Part shown: positions 1 to 10,554 of the stretch, one piece after another
Layout: the number at the start of each line of letters is the position of its first letter
How positions within the stretch are numbered: position 1 is the first letter of the stretch
IMG/VR virus record: IMGVR_UViG_3300042402_004196
Span: 1 to 56,638 of that record
Reading direction: 5' to 3' (one strand)
DNA from: a virus
Lineage: Duplodnaviria > Caudoviricetes
Length of the DNA: 56,638 nt
Notes under the pieces: model-generated
Databases searched by the model: none
What the model saw: only the letters and a program-made list of their open reading frames with translations
Told to the model about the DNA's origin: nothing
Translations under genes and position numbers: made by a program

Positions 1-2
1 GT

Positions 3-1442
3 CAAAATACTGCATCTGGAGAATACTCAACAATAAGTGGTGGTTATGAAAATACAACATCTGCTGATTACTCAACAATTGCCGGTGGTGCAAATAATAC
101 AATATCAACATATAGCGAATATGCAACAATCGGTGGTGGTGATGATAATACAATTATAGGTAGTGAAACTGCAACAATTGCTGGAGGAGAAAATAACACA
201 ATTACAACAAATAGTGACTATTCATTTATTGGTGGTGGTTATGATAATGTTGTAAAAAGTTCTTGTTCATCAATTGTTGGTGGATGTAACAATACAGCAA
301 GTGGTTACAACTCATTTATTGGTGGTGGACAAAATAATTTTTCTGGAATAAATAATTTTGTTAATGGAATAAATAGTTCTGTATATACTGGTGGGACCAT
401 AAATCTTTCTTTTAGTAGTGTTGTACCAACATCAACATCAAGTGGTACCGGATCTGGAGCATACTTTGGTTTTGATTTTGTTCTTGGTGTATTACAAACT
501 GTCCAAATACAAAACGGAGGTTCTGGATATTCTAATGGTGAGACACTATATTTTAACGGTGGATTATTTGGTGGATCTTCACCTTTAGATGATGTTTGGT
601 TAAACATCCAAACACAAAACAATACTCATACAACCGTAAGTGGTGGATATTGTAACACATCAAGTGGAAGTAATTCAACCGTAAGCGGTGGTTATTGTAA
701 CGAATCAAGTTGTGATTATTCAACCGTAAGTGGTGGACGACAAAACACATCAAGTGGATATTATTCAACCGTAAGTGGGGGTGCACGTAACACATCAAGT
801 GGTAATTCTTCAACAATAAGTGGTGGTTATGGTAATATAACAAATGCAATATATTCAACCGTAAGTGGTGGGTTGTATAACACGGCAAGTGGTTGTTATT
901 CGACAATTAGTGGTGGTGGTTCATCATCCGGATATTCTGGACATCTAGCATCAGGTATTTTTTCTGTTATTGGCGGTGGTAATAGAAATACATCAAGTGG
1001 GGTTTATTCAACTGTAAGTGGTGGACGGACTAACACATCAGGCGGGGATGTTTCAACTATAGGTGGTGGAAACAGTAATACAGCAACTTGTTTTAATTCA
1101 ACAATAAGCGGTGGATATTGTAACACATCAAGTGGGATTTCTTCAACAATAAGCGGTGGAGGTAGAAACACGGCAAGCTGTCTTTATTCAACAATAGGCG
1201 GTGGATATAATAACACAACAATAAATGGTTGTTCAGCAATACTTGGTGGGCAATGTAATACAACACAACACGATTGTTCATTTATTGTTGGTAGCGGAAT
1301 TTTTAGTACTGCTGCAAATACAACACATATGAATTGTTTAAATCTAAAAGATATTCCAGTTGATCCGGCACCTGCAACACTCCCTTTAGGAACTGTTTAT
1401 AGGTGTTCAACTGATAGTAATAGATTATATATTTGTGTATAA
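3..1442 (+). CDS. 5'-truncated 14-aa Gly/Ser-repeat (YadA-head-like beta-roll) fibre/adhesin-like protein
   Basis: Frame is open from position 3 (QNTASGEYSTISGGYEN...) to TAA at 1442, so the track's start at 873 is an internal TTG. Repeats follow NTxSGxYSTxSGGx, with one inserted NGGSGY..GETLYFNG domain at about 360-620. Paralog of the 14670 and 16503 genes. Confidence 0.75.
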   Translation, partial: QNTASGEYSTISGGYENTTSADYSTIAGGANNTISTYSEYATIGGGDDNTIIGSETATIAGGENNTITTNSDYSFIGGGYDNVVKSSCSSIVGGCNNTASGYNSFIGGGQNNFSGINNFVNGINSSVYTGGTINLSFSSVVPTSTSSGTGSGAYFGFDFVLGVLQTVQIQNGGSGYSNGETLYFNGGLFGGSSPLDDVWLNIQTQNNTHTTVSGGYCNTSSGSNSTVSGGYCNESSCDYSTVSGGRQNTSSGYYSTVSGGARNTSSGNSSTISGGYGNITNAIYSTVSGGLYNTASGCYSTISGGGSSSGYSGHLASGIFSVIGGGNRNTSSGVYSTVSGGRTNTSGGDVSTIGGGNSNTATCFNSTISGGYCNTSSGISSTISGGGRNTASCLYSTIGGGYNNTTINGCSAILGGQCNTTQHDCSFIVGSGIFSTAANTTHMNCLNLKDIPVDPAPATLPLGTVYRCSTDSNRLYICV

Positions 1443-1450
1443 ATAATTTA

Positions 1451-1480
1451 AACCCCAATTAAAAGTTGGGGTTCTTTATT
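1451..1480 (+). terminator. Intrinsic terminator
   Basis: AACCCCAA/TTGGGGTT stem followed by a T-rich tract, just after the stop codon. Confidence 0.7.
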
Positions 1481-1508
1481 TTTATTCTTTCTTTTTTATT
1501 TTTATTAT

Positions 1509-2255
1509 ATGTTTGTAACAGTATGTAATAAAAATTATCTCATAGGATTTGAGGTAATGTTAAAATCTCTTGTTGATAATAACCCAAGAGTAATAAAAGA
1601 CAATATTCCATTTTTAATTATATCAAATGATATAAATCCAGAAGATTTAATCACATCAAGAAAAATATATAACAATATACACATAAAAAGATTTGATAGT
1701 GAAAAATATTCTGAAATTGAGAAATTAAAACAAATTCAAATGGCATTTGGTGATTACACCAAGTATGAAATATTTTCATTAGAAGGCGAAAATAAAATTA
1801 TATTTTTAGATTCAGATACTTTAATTTTAGGAAACATTGACCACCTTATTGATTTCAAAGAAGATTTTGGTGCTGTAAGAGAATTATATATTGACCAACA
1901 CAATACCGGTGTCATGGTTATTGGAAAAAAATATCTAAATCAACAAATTACAACTGATTTAATTAATCTTACACAAACTTACGGAATTACAGAACATTTG
2001 GATCAAGATATAATTAATAATTATTTTACTGATGTTATAACAGATATTCCAATTCAATATAACTTTTTAAAAATCTATCATAAAAATATTTTTCAAAACA
2101 CCGGACTTCCAGACTACATAAAAATTATTCATTATGTTGTTAAAAAACCTTGGCAACAAAAACCATTGGTAATATTAGAAGAAGGAACTTTGTGGACCGA
2201 AAGATATTGGTTTGAGTATTACTCTAAAATTTTGAAATATAAGTTAAATGGTTAA
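1509..2255 (+). CDS. Glycosyltransferase family 8 (glycogenin-like)
   Basis: IFLDSD DxD motif, NTGVMVI, DQDIIN, YNF, IIHY..KKPW. Confidence 0.85.
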   Translation: MFVTVCNKNYLIGFEVMLKSLVDNNPRVIKDNIPFLIISNDINPEDLITSRKIYNNIHIKRFDSEKYSEIEKLKQIQMAFGDYTKYEIFSLEGENKIIFLDSDTLILGNIDHLIDFKEDFGAVRELYIDQHNTGVMVIGKKYLNQQITTDLINLTQTYGITEHLDQDIINNYFTDVITDIPIQYNFLKIYHKNIFQNTGLPDYIKIIHYVVKKPWQQKPLVILEEGTLWTERYWFEYYSKILKYKLNG

Positions 2256-3165
2256 GAGACATTATGATAATTCAGAGTTATTAAACTATGTAGAACGAGA
2301 TAAAGAAACAAAAACATTAGAAGGAAAAGAAATTCTAATGCACTTTGATTCTTTTTGTTTGGGTGATACAATTTGTTTTTCATCTTTCATTGATCCGTTT
2401 TTGGAGTATCACAAACCAAAAAAAGTTTTAATCTCAACTTTCTTTCCTTTTCTTTTTCAATCAAAAGATCCAAGGTATGAGTTTATAAATGCAAATCAAA
2501 AAAAAGAAATTATTGTTGATAAGTTACTTGATGTTGGTTATGACAAAAATAGTTTGGAAGATACTTTGGGTGGAATGTTTTATGCAACAAAAAGAACAAT
2601 GTGGTTACCGCAAGATACAAAACCAGGTAAGTGTCCTGTAATACCTTATAAAAGAAATGTGATTAAAAATAAAATAACAATTGCACCAGAAAGTTTAAAA
2701 GAAATTGCACAATGGAATTATTCTGGAAATACTGGTTGGCAACAAGTTGTTGATGACATTGTTAATTCCGGATTTAAAGTCTCAAATGTTTCTTATGAAA
2801 ACACAATGAATCTTAAAAATGTTAATGGTGTTCACGGAAATAAAGACATAAGAATTTCTTTATTTGAGATTTTGGAATCAAGGTTGTTTGTTGGTTTATC
2901 TTCCGGACTTGCATGGCTAGCTTGGGCTTACGGCGTTCCTGTTGTAATGATCTCAAGTTTTACAAAATCACATAACGAATTTGATTGTTTTAGAGTTGTT
3001 AACCCACACTCTTGTTCTGGTTGTTTTAATACATTCCAAAACATAAAAACAAAATGTCCTTTATTTTTGGGAACCGAAAGAGAAAACGAGTGTCACAAAA
3101 CAATTACACCAAAAATGGTAATTGATAAGATTAATGAAGTACTCTTATTTACAAAGGATAAATAA
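2248..3165 (+). CDS. Aah/TibC-like autotransporter O-heptosyltransferase family glycosyltransferase
   Basis: LGDTI, GWQQVVD, FVGLSSGLAWLAWAYGVPVVMISSFT..NEF, and a four-Cys iron-finger-like CSGC...CP...EC.KTITP. Confidence 0.75.
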   Translation: MVKRHYDNSELLNYVERDKETKTLEGKEILMHFDSFCLGDTICFSSFIDPFLEYHKPKKVLISTFFPFLFQSKDPRYEFINANQKKEIIVDKLLDVGYDKNSLEDTLGGMFYATKRTMWLPQDTKPGKCPVIPYKRNVIKNKITIAPESLKEIAQWNYSGNTGWQQVVDDIVNSGFKVSNVSYENTMNLKNVNGVHGNKDIRISLFEILESRLFVGLSSGLAWLAWAYGVPVVMISSFTKSHNEFDCFRVVNPHSCSGCFNTFQNIKTKCPLFLGTERENECHKTITPKMVIDKINEVLLFTKDK

Positions 3166-3181
3166 TTTCTAAATTTTATTT

Positions 3182-4063
3182 ATGGGAAAAAAATATAGTA
3201 TATTCCACATTGAGGGTGGTTTAGGAAAACATGTAATGGCAACAGCTGTTGCTCAGTGTATTAAAAATAATTACCCAAATAGAGAGCTTATTGTTGTTTG
3301 TGCTTACCCAGAAGTTTATTTAAATTTACAATTTGTTGATAGAGTTTATAGGTTGGGTAACACACCTTATTTTTATGAAGACTATGTAAAAGATAAGGAC
3401 AGTAAAATTTTTAAACACGAACCTTATTTTACTGAAGATCATATTCACAAAAAATTAAATCTTATTCAAAACTGGTGTAAAATTTTTAATTTAGAATATA
3501 ATGGTGAGCAACCATCACTTTTATTTAATCTTAGACAACAACAAATCGGTTTTAATAAATGGAAAAGAGAAAAACCTATTATGGTTATTCAAACAAACGG
3601 TGGACCATTACAAGAACAACCATATCCATATTCTTGGACAAGAGACATACCATATGATGTAGCACAAAGAATTGTTGATTCTTTCTCTGGTTATTACCAT
3701 ATAATACAAATTTGTAGACACGAGACAAACGCATTACAAGGTGTTGAGGTTATAAAAGAACCAATGTCAAATATGGAATTATTTTCTTTATTATTGTTTT
3801 CACAAAAAAGAATATTGATTGATTCTTGTTTACAACACGCAGCAGCAGCCCTTGGTTTACCATCAACCGTACTATGGGTTGGTACATCACCAAAAGTTTT
3901 TGGTTACAACTTACATACAAACATAGTTGCAAACTTACCTAACACAGTGAAACTTCCAGATAGTTATTTATTTGATTATAACTTTAATGGTACAGTTCAC
4001 GAGTGCCCTTTATTTGATTCAAATATATTTGATATAAACGAAATAATACAAACTTTACAATAA
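3182..4063 (+). CDS. GT9-like (ADP-heptosyltransferase fold) glycosyltransferase
   Basis: GGLGKHVMATA at the N-terminus; IDSCLQHAAAALGLPSTVLW at the C-terminus. Confidence 0.7.
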   Translation: MGKKYSIFHIEGGLGKHVMATAVAQCIKNNYPNRELIVVCAYPEVYLNLQFVDRVYRLGNTPYFYEDYVKDKDSKIFKHEPYFTEDHIHKKLNLIQNWCKIFNLEYNGEQPSLLFNLRQQQIGFNKWKREKPIMVIQTNGGPLQEQPYPYSWTRDIPYDVAQRIVDSFSGYYHIIQICRHETNALQGVEVIKEPMSNMELFSLLLFSQKRILIDSCLQHAAAALGLPSTVLWVGTSPKVFGYNLHTNIVANLPNTVKLPDSYLFDYNFNGTVHECPLFDSNIFDINEIIQTLQ

Positions 4064-4881
4064 TGCCACAAAAGATTTTTTTTCAAAGCTCACTACCAAG
4101 AGCTGGTTCAACATTACTTCAAAATGTTATGGGACAGAACCCAGAATTTTATGTAACACCAACATCTGGTGTTTTAGAACTTGTATATGCCGCAAGAGCA
4201 AATTACACAAATTCACCAGAGTTTAAAGCTCAAGACTCAGAACAAATGAGAAGAGGATTTCTTACTTTTTGTAATTATGGTATTAACGGATTTTTTAACG
4301 CGGTTACAGATAAACCTTATGTTTTAGATAAGAGTAGAGGTTGGGGTGTTCATTACGGATTTTTAAATTCCTTTTATCCAAATCCAAAAGTAATTTGTAT
4401 GGTGAGGGATTTAAGAGGAATTTATTCATCAATGGAAAAGAATTTTAGAAAAAATCAACACATGGATTCTGGAATTGTAAATCACGCACAAATGCAAGGA
4501 ACAACAACAGAAAAAAGAATTGACATTTGGTCACAATCACAACCGGTTGGACTTGCAATAGAAAGGCTACAACAAGTTTTTAAAGAAGGAATTAATCAAA
4601 ATATGTTATTTGTAAAATTTGAGGATTTTTGTTCTAATCCAAAAACAGAAATGCAAAGAATTTATAATTACTTAGAGCTACCGTATTATGAACATGATTT
4701 TAATAATGTAGAACAGATCACCCAAGAAGATGATGCGGTATATGGAATTTATGGTGATCATAAAATAAAAAGTAAAATAGAACCATTAAAATTAGATTAT
4801 AAGGAGGTTTTAGGTGTTAACGCATCAAACTGGATTAAAACAAAATATCAATGGTTCTACGATCAATTTGGTTATTTTTGA
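4063..4881 (+). CDS. PAPS-dependent sulfotransferase
   Basis: 5'-PSB loop SLPRAGSTLL, DKSR, MVRD..IYSS (3'-PB), FEDFCSNP. Confidence 0.85.
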   Translation: MPQKIFFQSSLPRAGSTLLQNVMGQNPEFYVTPTSGVLELVYAARANYTNSPEFKAQDSEQMRRGFLTFCNYGINGFFNAVTDKPYVLDKSRGWGVHYGFLNSFYPNPKVICMVRDLRGIYSSMEKNFRKNQHMDSGIVNHAQMQGTTTEKRIDIWSQSQPVGLAIERLQQVFKEGINQNMLFVKFEDFCSNPKTEMQRIYNYLELPYYEHDFNNVEQITQEDDAVYGIYGDHKIKSKIEPLKLDYKEVLGVNASNWIKTKYQWFYDQFGYF

Positions 4882-4885
4882 TAAT

Positions 4886-5341
4886 ATGAAAGAGAAAAAA
4901 ATTTATTGGTTGACAGGTCAACCGGGTGCTGGTAAAACAGTATTAGCACTAATGTTAAAAACAATTTTAGAAAAAGAATATGGAAATGAAGTATTCCATA
5001 TTGATGGTGATGAATTAAGAAGACTTTTTAATAATCAAAAATATGGTAGAGAAGGTAGAGAAGAAAACATCAAAAGAGCACAAGATATTGCTAAATTTTT
5101 ATTAGCACAAGGACACGATGTAATTGTAAGTTTAGTTGCACCTTACAAAGAATTAAGAGAAAGTTTTAAATATGATTTACAAAATTTACTTGTTGAGTTT
5201 TATGTTCACACAACAGACATTAGAGGTAGAGAACATTTTCACACAGATGAATATGAACAACCAACTGAAAATTTTATAGATATTAATACAACAGGGATTG
5301 ATCCACAAGAATCATTAAATGAAATAATTAAACACATATGA
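4886..5341 (+). CDS. cysC: Adenylyl-sulfate (APS) kinase
   Basis: WLTGQPGAGKT P-loop, IDGDELR, REENIKRA, VSLVAPY, YEQP. ATG at 4886 preferred over the track's 4814. Confidence 0.85.
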   Translation: MKEKKIYWLTGQPGAGKTVLALMLKTILEKEYGNEVFHIDGDELRRLFNNQKYGREGREENIKRAQDIAKFLLAQGHDVIVSLVAPYKELRESFKYDLQNLLVEFYVHTTDIRGREHFHTDEYEQPTENFIDINTTGIDPQESLNEIIKHI

Positions 5342-5817
5342 GTTGGGAAATAAAAAATCATGGAGGAAGACCAACATCAAATTCGGATAAAAAATATGCG
5401 GTCTTTATAGGCCGTTGGCAACCATATCATTATGGTCACATTGAATTGATAGAACAAAAAATAAAAGAAGGAACTCCTGTTTTAATTATGGTTAGAGACA
5501 TTGAACCGGATGAAAAAAATCCTTTTACAACAGAACAAACCGTATCAATGATTAAAAAATATCATGAGTCAAAAAATGATGATGTTAAAGTTGTTGTAAT
5601 TCCAGATATTGAATCTGTTAATTTTGGAAGGGGTGTTGGCTATGAAATTAATGAATATATACCACCAAAAGATGTTGCAAGTATTTCGGCTACTGGTATT
5701 AGAAATTGTATAAAAAATAAAGATGAGTATTGGAGAAAATTAGTTGATCCCGTTATTCAAGAAGATGTTTTAAATTATTTATTAAATGAAAACACAGAGC
5801 AAAACATATCAAATTAG
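5338..5817 (+). CDS. HIGH-superfamily (cytidyltransferase-like/NadM-like) nucleotidyltransferase
   Basis: GRWQPYHYGH, NPFT, PDIESVNFGRGVGY, ISATGIR. Confidence 0.75.
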   Translation: MSWEIKNHGGRPTSNSDKKYAVFIGRWQPYHYGHIELIEQKIKEGTPVLIMVRDIEPDEKNPFTTEQTVSMIKKYHESKNDDVKVVVIPDIESVNFGRGVGYEINEYIPPKDVASISATGIRNCIKNKDEYWRKLVDPVIQEDVLNYLLNENTEQNISN

Positions 5818-6226
5818 ATATAATACAATTTCAAAGGACGATACCGAAAGGTGGAGATTAATTGAAAATGGAAATGAAATTTTTGTTTCAGATATTATAA
5901 TTGATGGACATACCCAAACAACAAAAGATTGGATGCCAGAAATAAATGATTATAAATGGCACATAAGTTGTGTTGGTCATTGTGTTGTTAAAAATAATGT
6001 TGCATATATTACAACAATAAAAGAAGAATCGGTTATTGTTAGACATATTCTAAAAACAATAACATATAGATTTTTTGCAACACTAACAACAATTGCAACA
6101 GCACTATTACTTGGGGCATCAATTGAGGTGTCGTCTTTGATAGGTTTAGGTGAGTTACTTATTAAACCAATTATATATTTCTTTCATGAAAGAATATGGT
6201 ATAAACTTATAAAAGTTAAAAAATAA
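5786..6226 (+). CDS. DUF2061-like membrane domain protein with an unknown N-terminal domain
   Basis: C-terminal RHILKTITYR...two hydrophobic helices...YFFHERIW. Confidence 0.7.
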   Translation: MKTQSKTYQIRYNTISKDDTERWRLIENGNEIFVSDIIIDGHTQTTKDWMPEINDYKWHISCVGHCVVKNNVAYITTIKEESVIVRHILKTITYRFFATLTTIATALLLGASIEVSSLIGLGELLIKPIIYFFHERIWYKLIKVKK

Positions 6227-6237
6227 TATATTCAAGG

Positions 6238-6244
6238 TATTTAT
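6238..6244 (+). promoter_or_regulatory. TATTTAT putative late-promoter motif (representative copy)
   Basis: Same heptamer upstream of many structural genes on both strands; see findings. Confidence 0.5.
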
Positions 6245-6257
6245 CACTAAAAGGTGA

Positions 6258-6758
6258 ATGGAATATATTATTACCATAAATAGCGTTACATATGACGGAG
6301 AATTTGCTAGTATTTTGTTTAATCCACAAGATACTGATATTGTAATAAATTTAGGTTTAGTCCAACTCCCTTTTACATTTAATTCGGGGTTACTTGATCC
6401 GCCAAGAGAAATTTACGGAAATTATACAATTTTGGTTCAAGGATCCGATTGTTCTAAAACATTAAGAGTTCCGGCGCCAACACCAACTCCAACACCTACT
6501 GTAACACCAACAAGGACACCAACTCCAACACCTACTATAACACCTACACCTACACCGACATTTGATCCGTGTAAAGTGCCAACACCAACACCAACAACGA
6601 CACCAACCAACACGCCGACACCAACCAACACGCCAACACCTAGTGTGACATGTACAAATCCTTGTGGTTGTCCAAAACCATCAAACACACCAAAACCATC
6701 AAACACACCAACTAAAACACCAACAATCACATGTACAAATCCTTGTGGTTGTTTATAA
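6258..6758 (+). CDS. Pro/Thr-rich mucin-like protein with Cys motifs
   Basis: Small beta-rich N-domain, (PT)n tracts, duplicated TCTNPCGC. Confidence 0.7.
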   Translation: MEYIITINSVTYDGEFASILFNPQDTDIVINLGLVQLPFTFNSGLLDPPREIYGNYTILVQGSDCSKTLRVPAPTPTPTPTVTPTRTPTPTPTITPTPTPTFDPCKVPTPTPTTTPTNTPTPTNTPTPSVTCTNPCGCPKPSNTPKPSNTPTKTPTITCTNPCGCL

Positions 6759-6767
6759 TAATTAAAT

Positions 6768-9700
6768 ATGTCTCAACAGATAACAATAACAGGAGCAACA
6801 GGTATAGGACCATATCAAGTCCAAGTATGTGATATAACATATACAACATGTGTTACTGTTACTGGATCAACAAACATTCCACCAACTTTTACTTTTGATG
6901 TTCCACCACCATTTGAGGATGTTTCATCATTACTTGTTATTTTAACTGATTCAACCGGTTGTGATTATTTTGAATACTTTGGTTGTCCTCCGACACCAAC
7001 TCCTACACCAACACCAACAGTTACTCCCACACCAACCCCAACATATCTTTGTTATTGTATAACGGCCGAAAATATAACAACAAATAATGGATATTTTGAT
7101 TATACGGATTGTAGTGGAAACCAAGTTACAAATGTTTTAATACCAAGTGGCGTTACATATTTTACATGTGGTATTCACCCAACAAATGAGATAAATGTTA
7201 GAACAACAGTTGGTGGTTTTTGTGATTCAAATCAGTCATGTCCAACACCATCTTGTACTCCAACACCAACAAATACACCAACACCTACACCGACAAATAG
7301 AGGAAGATATAAATCATTACATAGAACAACAAACACATCAACAGGATCAAGTGGTGCTACTCAATTAAAACTACCATTAGAACCAACAGGAAATTATGCT
7401 TTTACTGTATTCTGGGGTGATGCGTCATCTGATGTTATTACAGCTTGGAATGATCCGGCAACAACTCACACTTATGCGGCTCCTGGTGATTACCTTGTGG
7501 AAATTGATGGAACAATAGAAGGGTGGAGATATAATAATACAGGAGATAGAAAAAAAATATTATCGGTATCTGATTGGGGAATATTAAAATTTGGAAACAA
7601 TGGTGATTACTTTTATGGTTGTTCCAATCTAACTTTAAACTCAGTTAATGATACGCCAGACATATCATTAACCACAAATATGTCACAAGCATTTAGGGAA
7701 TGTTCTTCTTTAAGTTCATTTAATAATTTAAATTCTTGGAGCACATCAAATACTAATGACATGTCATATATGTTTTCATTTTGTCCTTTGTTTAACCAAA
7801 ACATCGGATCTTGGGATGTTTCAAATGTTACAACAATGCAAGGAATGTTCTATGATGCAACATTATTTAATCAAGATATATCAACTTGGAACACTCAGTC
7901 TTTAGATGATACTTCATATATGTTTTCTGATTCAACAAACTTTAATCAAGATATATCAACTTGGATAACATCTGGTGTTACAAATATGTCTGGAATGTTT
8001 TCAGATGCAATATCATTTGACCAACCAATTGGAACTTGGGATGTGACAAATGTAAATTTAATGAGTTATATGTTTCAAGGAGCCGATTCATTTGATCAAG
8101 ATCTTGGTTCTTGGAATGTTATAAATACATATGATATGTCCGGGATGTTTGATGGAATCGCACTGTCAACACAGAACTATGACTCAATATTACAAAACTG
8201 GGCATTACTTTCACCACTACAACCAAATGTTATTTTTGATGGTGGCAACTCACAGTATTCTGTATCATCATTATCCGCAATAACGGAACTTACTTTATTT
8301 CCAAATTATTGGGTAATAACAAATGGTGGTCAATCAAGATTTGAATCTACTTGGAACACATCAAATACAAGTGGTGGCTCTTCTTTAGCAAACCAAGTAC
8401 AACTTCCTTTAGAGTTATCCGGAACTTACAACTTTTTTGTTGATTGGGGTGATGGAAATTCTGACACAATAACCGTATGGAATGACCCAGCAACTTTACA
8501 TACATACACAACACCTGGAATATACACAATAAAAATATATGGTCAAATTGAAGGTTGGAGATTTAATATTACTAGTGACAGATTAAAAATATTAAGTATC
8601 CAAAGTTGGGGTTCAGATTTTAGATTAGGTAATAATAATGGGTATTTCTTTGGTTGTACCAATTTAGATTTGAGTGGTGTTTCAGATATTCTAAACTTAA
8701 CTGGAACATTAGATATGAGTTCGACTTTTAGAGGTTGTGCATCTCTTACAACGGTTAATAATATGAATTTATGGAACACATCTTCTGTTACAACAATGGT
8801 AGGTTTATTTAGACTTGCAACATCATTTAATCAACCAATTGGAACTTGGGATACATCTTCTGTCACAAGTATGGTTAGTTTATTTAATAGTGCAACATCA
8901 TTTAATCAACCAATTGGAACTTGGGATACATCTTCTGTCAACGATATGAATAATATGTTTAATAGCGCAACATCATTTGACCAAGATTTGGGAACTTGGG
9001 ATACATCCTCTGTTACAAATATGTCCGGAATGTTTAATGGTGCAACATCATTTGATCAAGATTTAGGAACATGGAATGTTACTTCATTAACAAATTGTAC
9101 AAATATGTTTTTAGGTGTCACACTATCAACATTAAACTATGATTCATTACTTATTGGTTGGGCATCATATGGAACACTTCTTCAAACTTTTGTTCCTTTT
9201 GATGGTGGAAACTCACAATATACACCAGGTATATCAGGACCATCAAGATTATTCTTGGATGATCCATTACCATTAGGAAGAGATTGGATTATAACAGATG
9301 GGGGTCCAATCCCAACTTCATTTGTTTCTACTTGGAACACATCAAATACAAGTGGTGGCTCATCGTTAGCAAACCAAGTTCAATTACCATTAGAAATAAG
9401 TGGTGTTTATAACTTTGTTGTTGATTGGGGTGATTCAACAACAGACACAATTACAGTATGGAATGATCCTTTAACTTTACATACCTATGGTGCTCCTGGA
9501 ACTTATACAATAACAATAACTGGTCAAATAGAAGGATTTAGATTTAATAATACTGGAGATAGAGATAAAATTTTATCTGTAACAAGTTGGGGTCCAGATT
9601 TCAGATTAGGTAATAGTAGTGGTTATTTTTGGGGTTGTTCTAACTTAGATTTAAGTGGTGTTTTAGATGTTTTAGATTTAACTGGGACATTGAGTTTGAC

Positions 9701-10508
9701 TGTGGCTTTTAGAAATTGTACAACACTTACAACAGTAAACAATATGGATTTGTGGGATACATCTTCTGTTATAGATATGAATAATATGTTCCAGAATTGT
9801 TTTGTGTTTAATCAACCAATTGGAACTTGGGATACATCTTCTGTTCAGTTTATGAGTAACATGTTTTCAGCTGCAAATTTATTTAACCAACCAATTGGAA
9901 CTTGGAATACATCTTCTGTTACAAATATGACTGGTATGTTTAATAATGCAACATTGTTTAACCAACCAATTGGAACTTGGAATACTTCATCTGTTTTACT
10001 TATGAATGTTATGTTTTTAAATGCAACATCATTTAACCAACCAATTGGAGCTTGGAATACATCTTCTGTTATGGATATGAATGGTATGTTTAATAATGCA
10101 ACATTGTTTAACCAACCAATTGGAACTTGGAATACATCTTCTGTTATAAATATGTCTAGTATGTTTAATAATGCAACATTGTTTAACCAACCAATTGGAA
10201 CTTGGAATACTTCATCTGTTTTACTTATGAATAGTATGTTTAATGGTGCAACATCATTTAATCAGGATTTAGGTACTTGGAATGTAACATCTTTGGCTGC
10301 TGCCTCAAATATGTTCTTTGGTGTAACACTTTCAACACCAAATTATAATTCGTTACTTAATGGTTGGGCGTCATATGGTGGTGCATTACAATTTAGTGTT
10401 CTATTTGATGGTGGTAATTCTGTATATACAATTGCAACAGCAGGTGCGTCAAGAGGGTTTTTAACAACAACAAAATTTTGGACAATCACTGATGGTGGTG
10501 GAATTTAA
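6768..10508 (+). CDS. BspA/DUF285 leucine-rich-repeat surface protein with PKD-like domains and PT linkers
   Basis: Three modules of (WGD PKD-like domain + 25-aa FNQxIGxWxTSSVxxMxxMF repeats + NYxSxLxxW cap); N-terminal PT/Cys region. Confidence 0.85.
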   Translation: MSQQITITGATGIGPYQVQVCDITYTTCVTVTGSTNIPPTFTFDVPPPFEDVSSLLVILTDSTGCDYFEYFGCPPTPTPTPTPTVTPTPTPTYLCYCITAENITTNNGYFDYTDCSGNQVTNVLIPSGVTYFTCGIHPTNEINVRTTVGGFCDSNQSCPTPSCTPTPTNTPTPTPTNRGRYKSLHRTTNTSTGSSGATQLKLPLEPTGNYAFTVFWGDASSDVITAWNDPATTHTYAAPGDYLVEIDGTIEGWRYNNTGDRKKILSVSDWGILKFGNNGDYFYGCSNLTLNSVNDTPDISLTTNMSQAFRECSSLSSFNNLNSWSTSNTNDMSYMFSFCPLFNQNIGSWDVSNVTTMQGMFYDATLFNQDISTWNTQSLDDTSYMFSDSTNFNQDISTWITSGVTNMSGMFSDAISFDQPIGTWDVTNVNLMSYMFQGADSFDQDLGSWNVINTYDMSGMFDGIALSTQNYDSILQNWALLSPLQPNVIFDGGNSQYSVSSLSAITELTLFPNYWVITNGGQSRFESTWNTSNTSGGSSLANQVQLPLELSGTYNFFVDWGDGNSDTITVWNDPATLHTYTTPGIYTIKIYGQIEGWRFNITSDRLKILSIQSWGSDFRLGNNNGYFFGCTNLDLSGVSDILNLTGTLDMSSTFRGCASLTTVNNMNLWNTSSVTTMVGLFRLATSFNQPIGTWDTSSVTSMVSLFNSATSFNQPIGTWDTSSVNDMNNMFNSATSFDQDLGTWDTSSVTNMSGMFNGATSFDQDLGTWNVTSLTNCTNMFLGVTLSTLNYDSLLIGWASYGTLLQTFVPFDGGNSQYTPGISGPSRLFLDDPLPLGRDWIITDGGPIPTSFVSTWNTSNTSGGSSLANQVQLPLEISGVYNFVVDWGDSTTDTITVWNDPLTLHTYGAPGTYTITITGQIEGFRFNNTGDRDKILSVTSWGPDFRLGNSSGYFWGCSNLDLSGVLDVLDLTGTLSLTVAFRNCTTLTTVNNMDLWDTSSVIDMNNMFQNCFVFNQPIGTWDTSSVQFMSNMFSAANLFNQPIGTWNTSSVTNMTGMFNNATLFNQPIGTWNTSSVLLMNVMFLNATSFNQPIGAWNTSSVMDMNGMFNNATLFNQPIGTWNTSSVINMSSMFNNATLFNQPIGTWNTSSVLLMNSMFNGATSFNQDLGTWNVTSLAAASNMFFGVTLSTPNYNSLLNGWASYGGALQFSVLFDGGNSVYTIATAGASRGFLTTTKFWTITDGGGI
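9805..10290 (+). repeat. 75-bp in-frame tandem repeats (DUF285 units)
   Basis: TTTAAyCAACCAATTGGAACTTGGrATAC recurring every 75 nt; a shorter array lies at about 8770-9080. Confidence 0.85.
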
Positions 10509-10554
10509 TATTTAATTTTTAATATCATCTTTTATCATTTTATAAAAAAATAAA

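Noticed and set aside
620-1260. 42-nt periodic repeats (also 16740-18350) as a non-coding array
   Set aside because: Degenerate, in-frame coding repeats of a 14-aa unit
305-1281. Antisense ORFs in the track (also those inside most long genes, e.g. 6437, 15482, 37185, 50489)
   Set aside because: Shadows of repetitive or codon-biased sense genes, with no motifs or expression signals
8770-10290. CRISPR-like pattern of conserved ~39-nt units with variable spacers
   Set aside because: Period is exactly 75 nt in frame, the spacers are mutually similar and encode DUF285 repeats, and no cas genes are present
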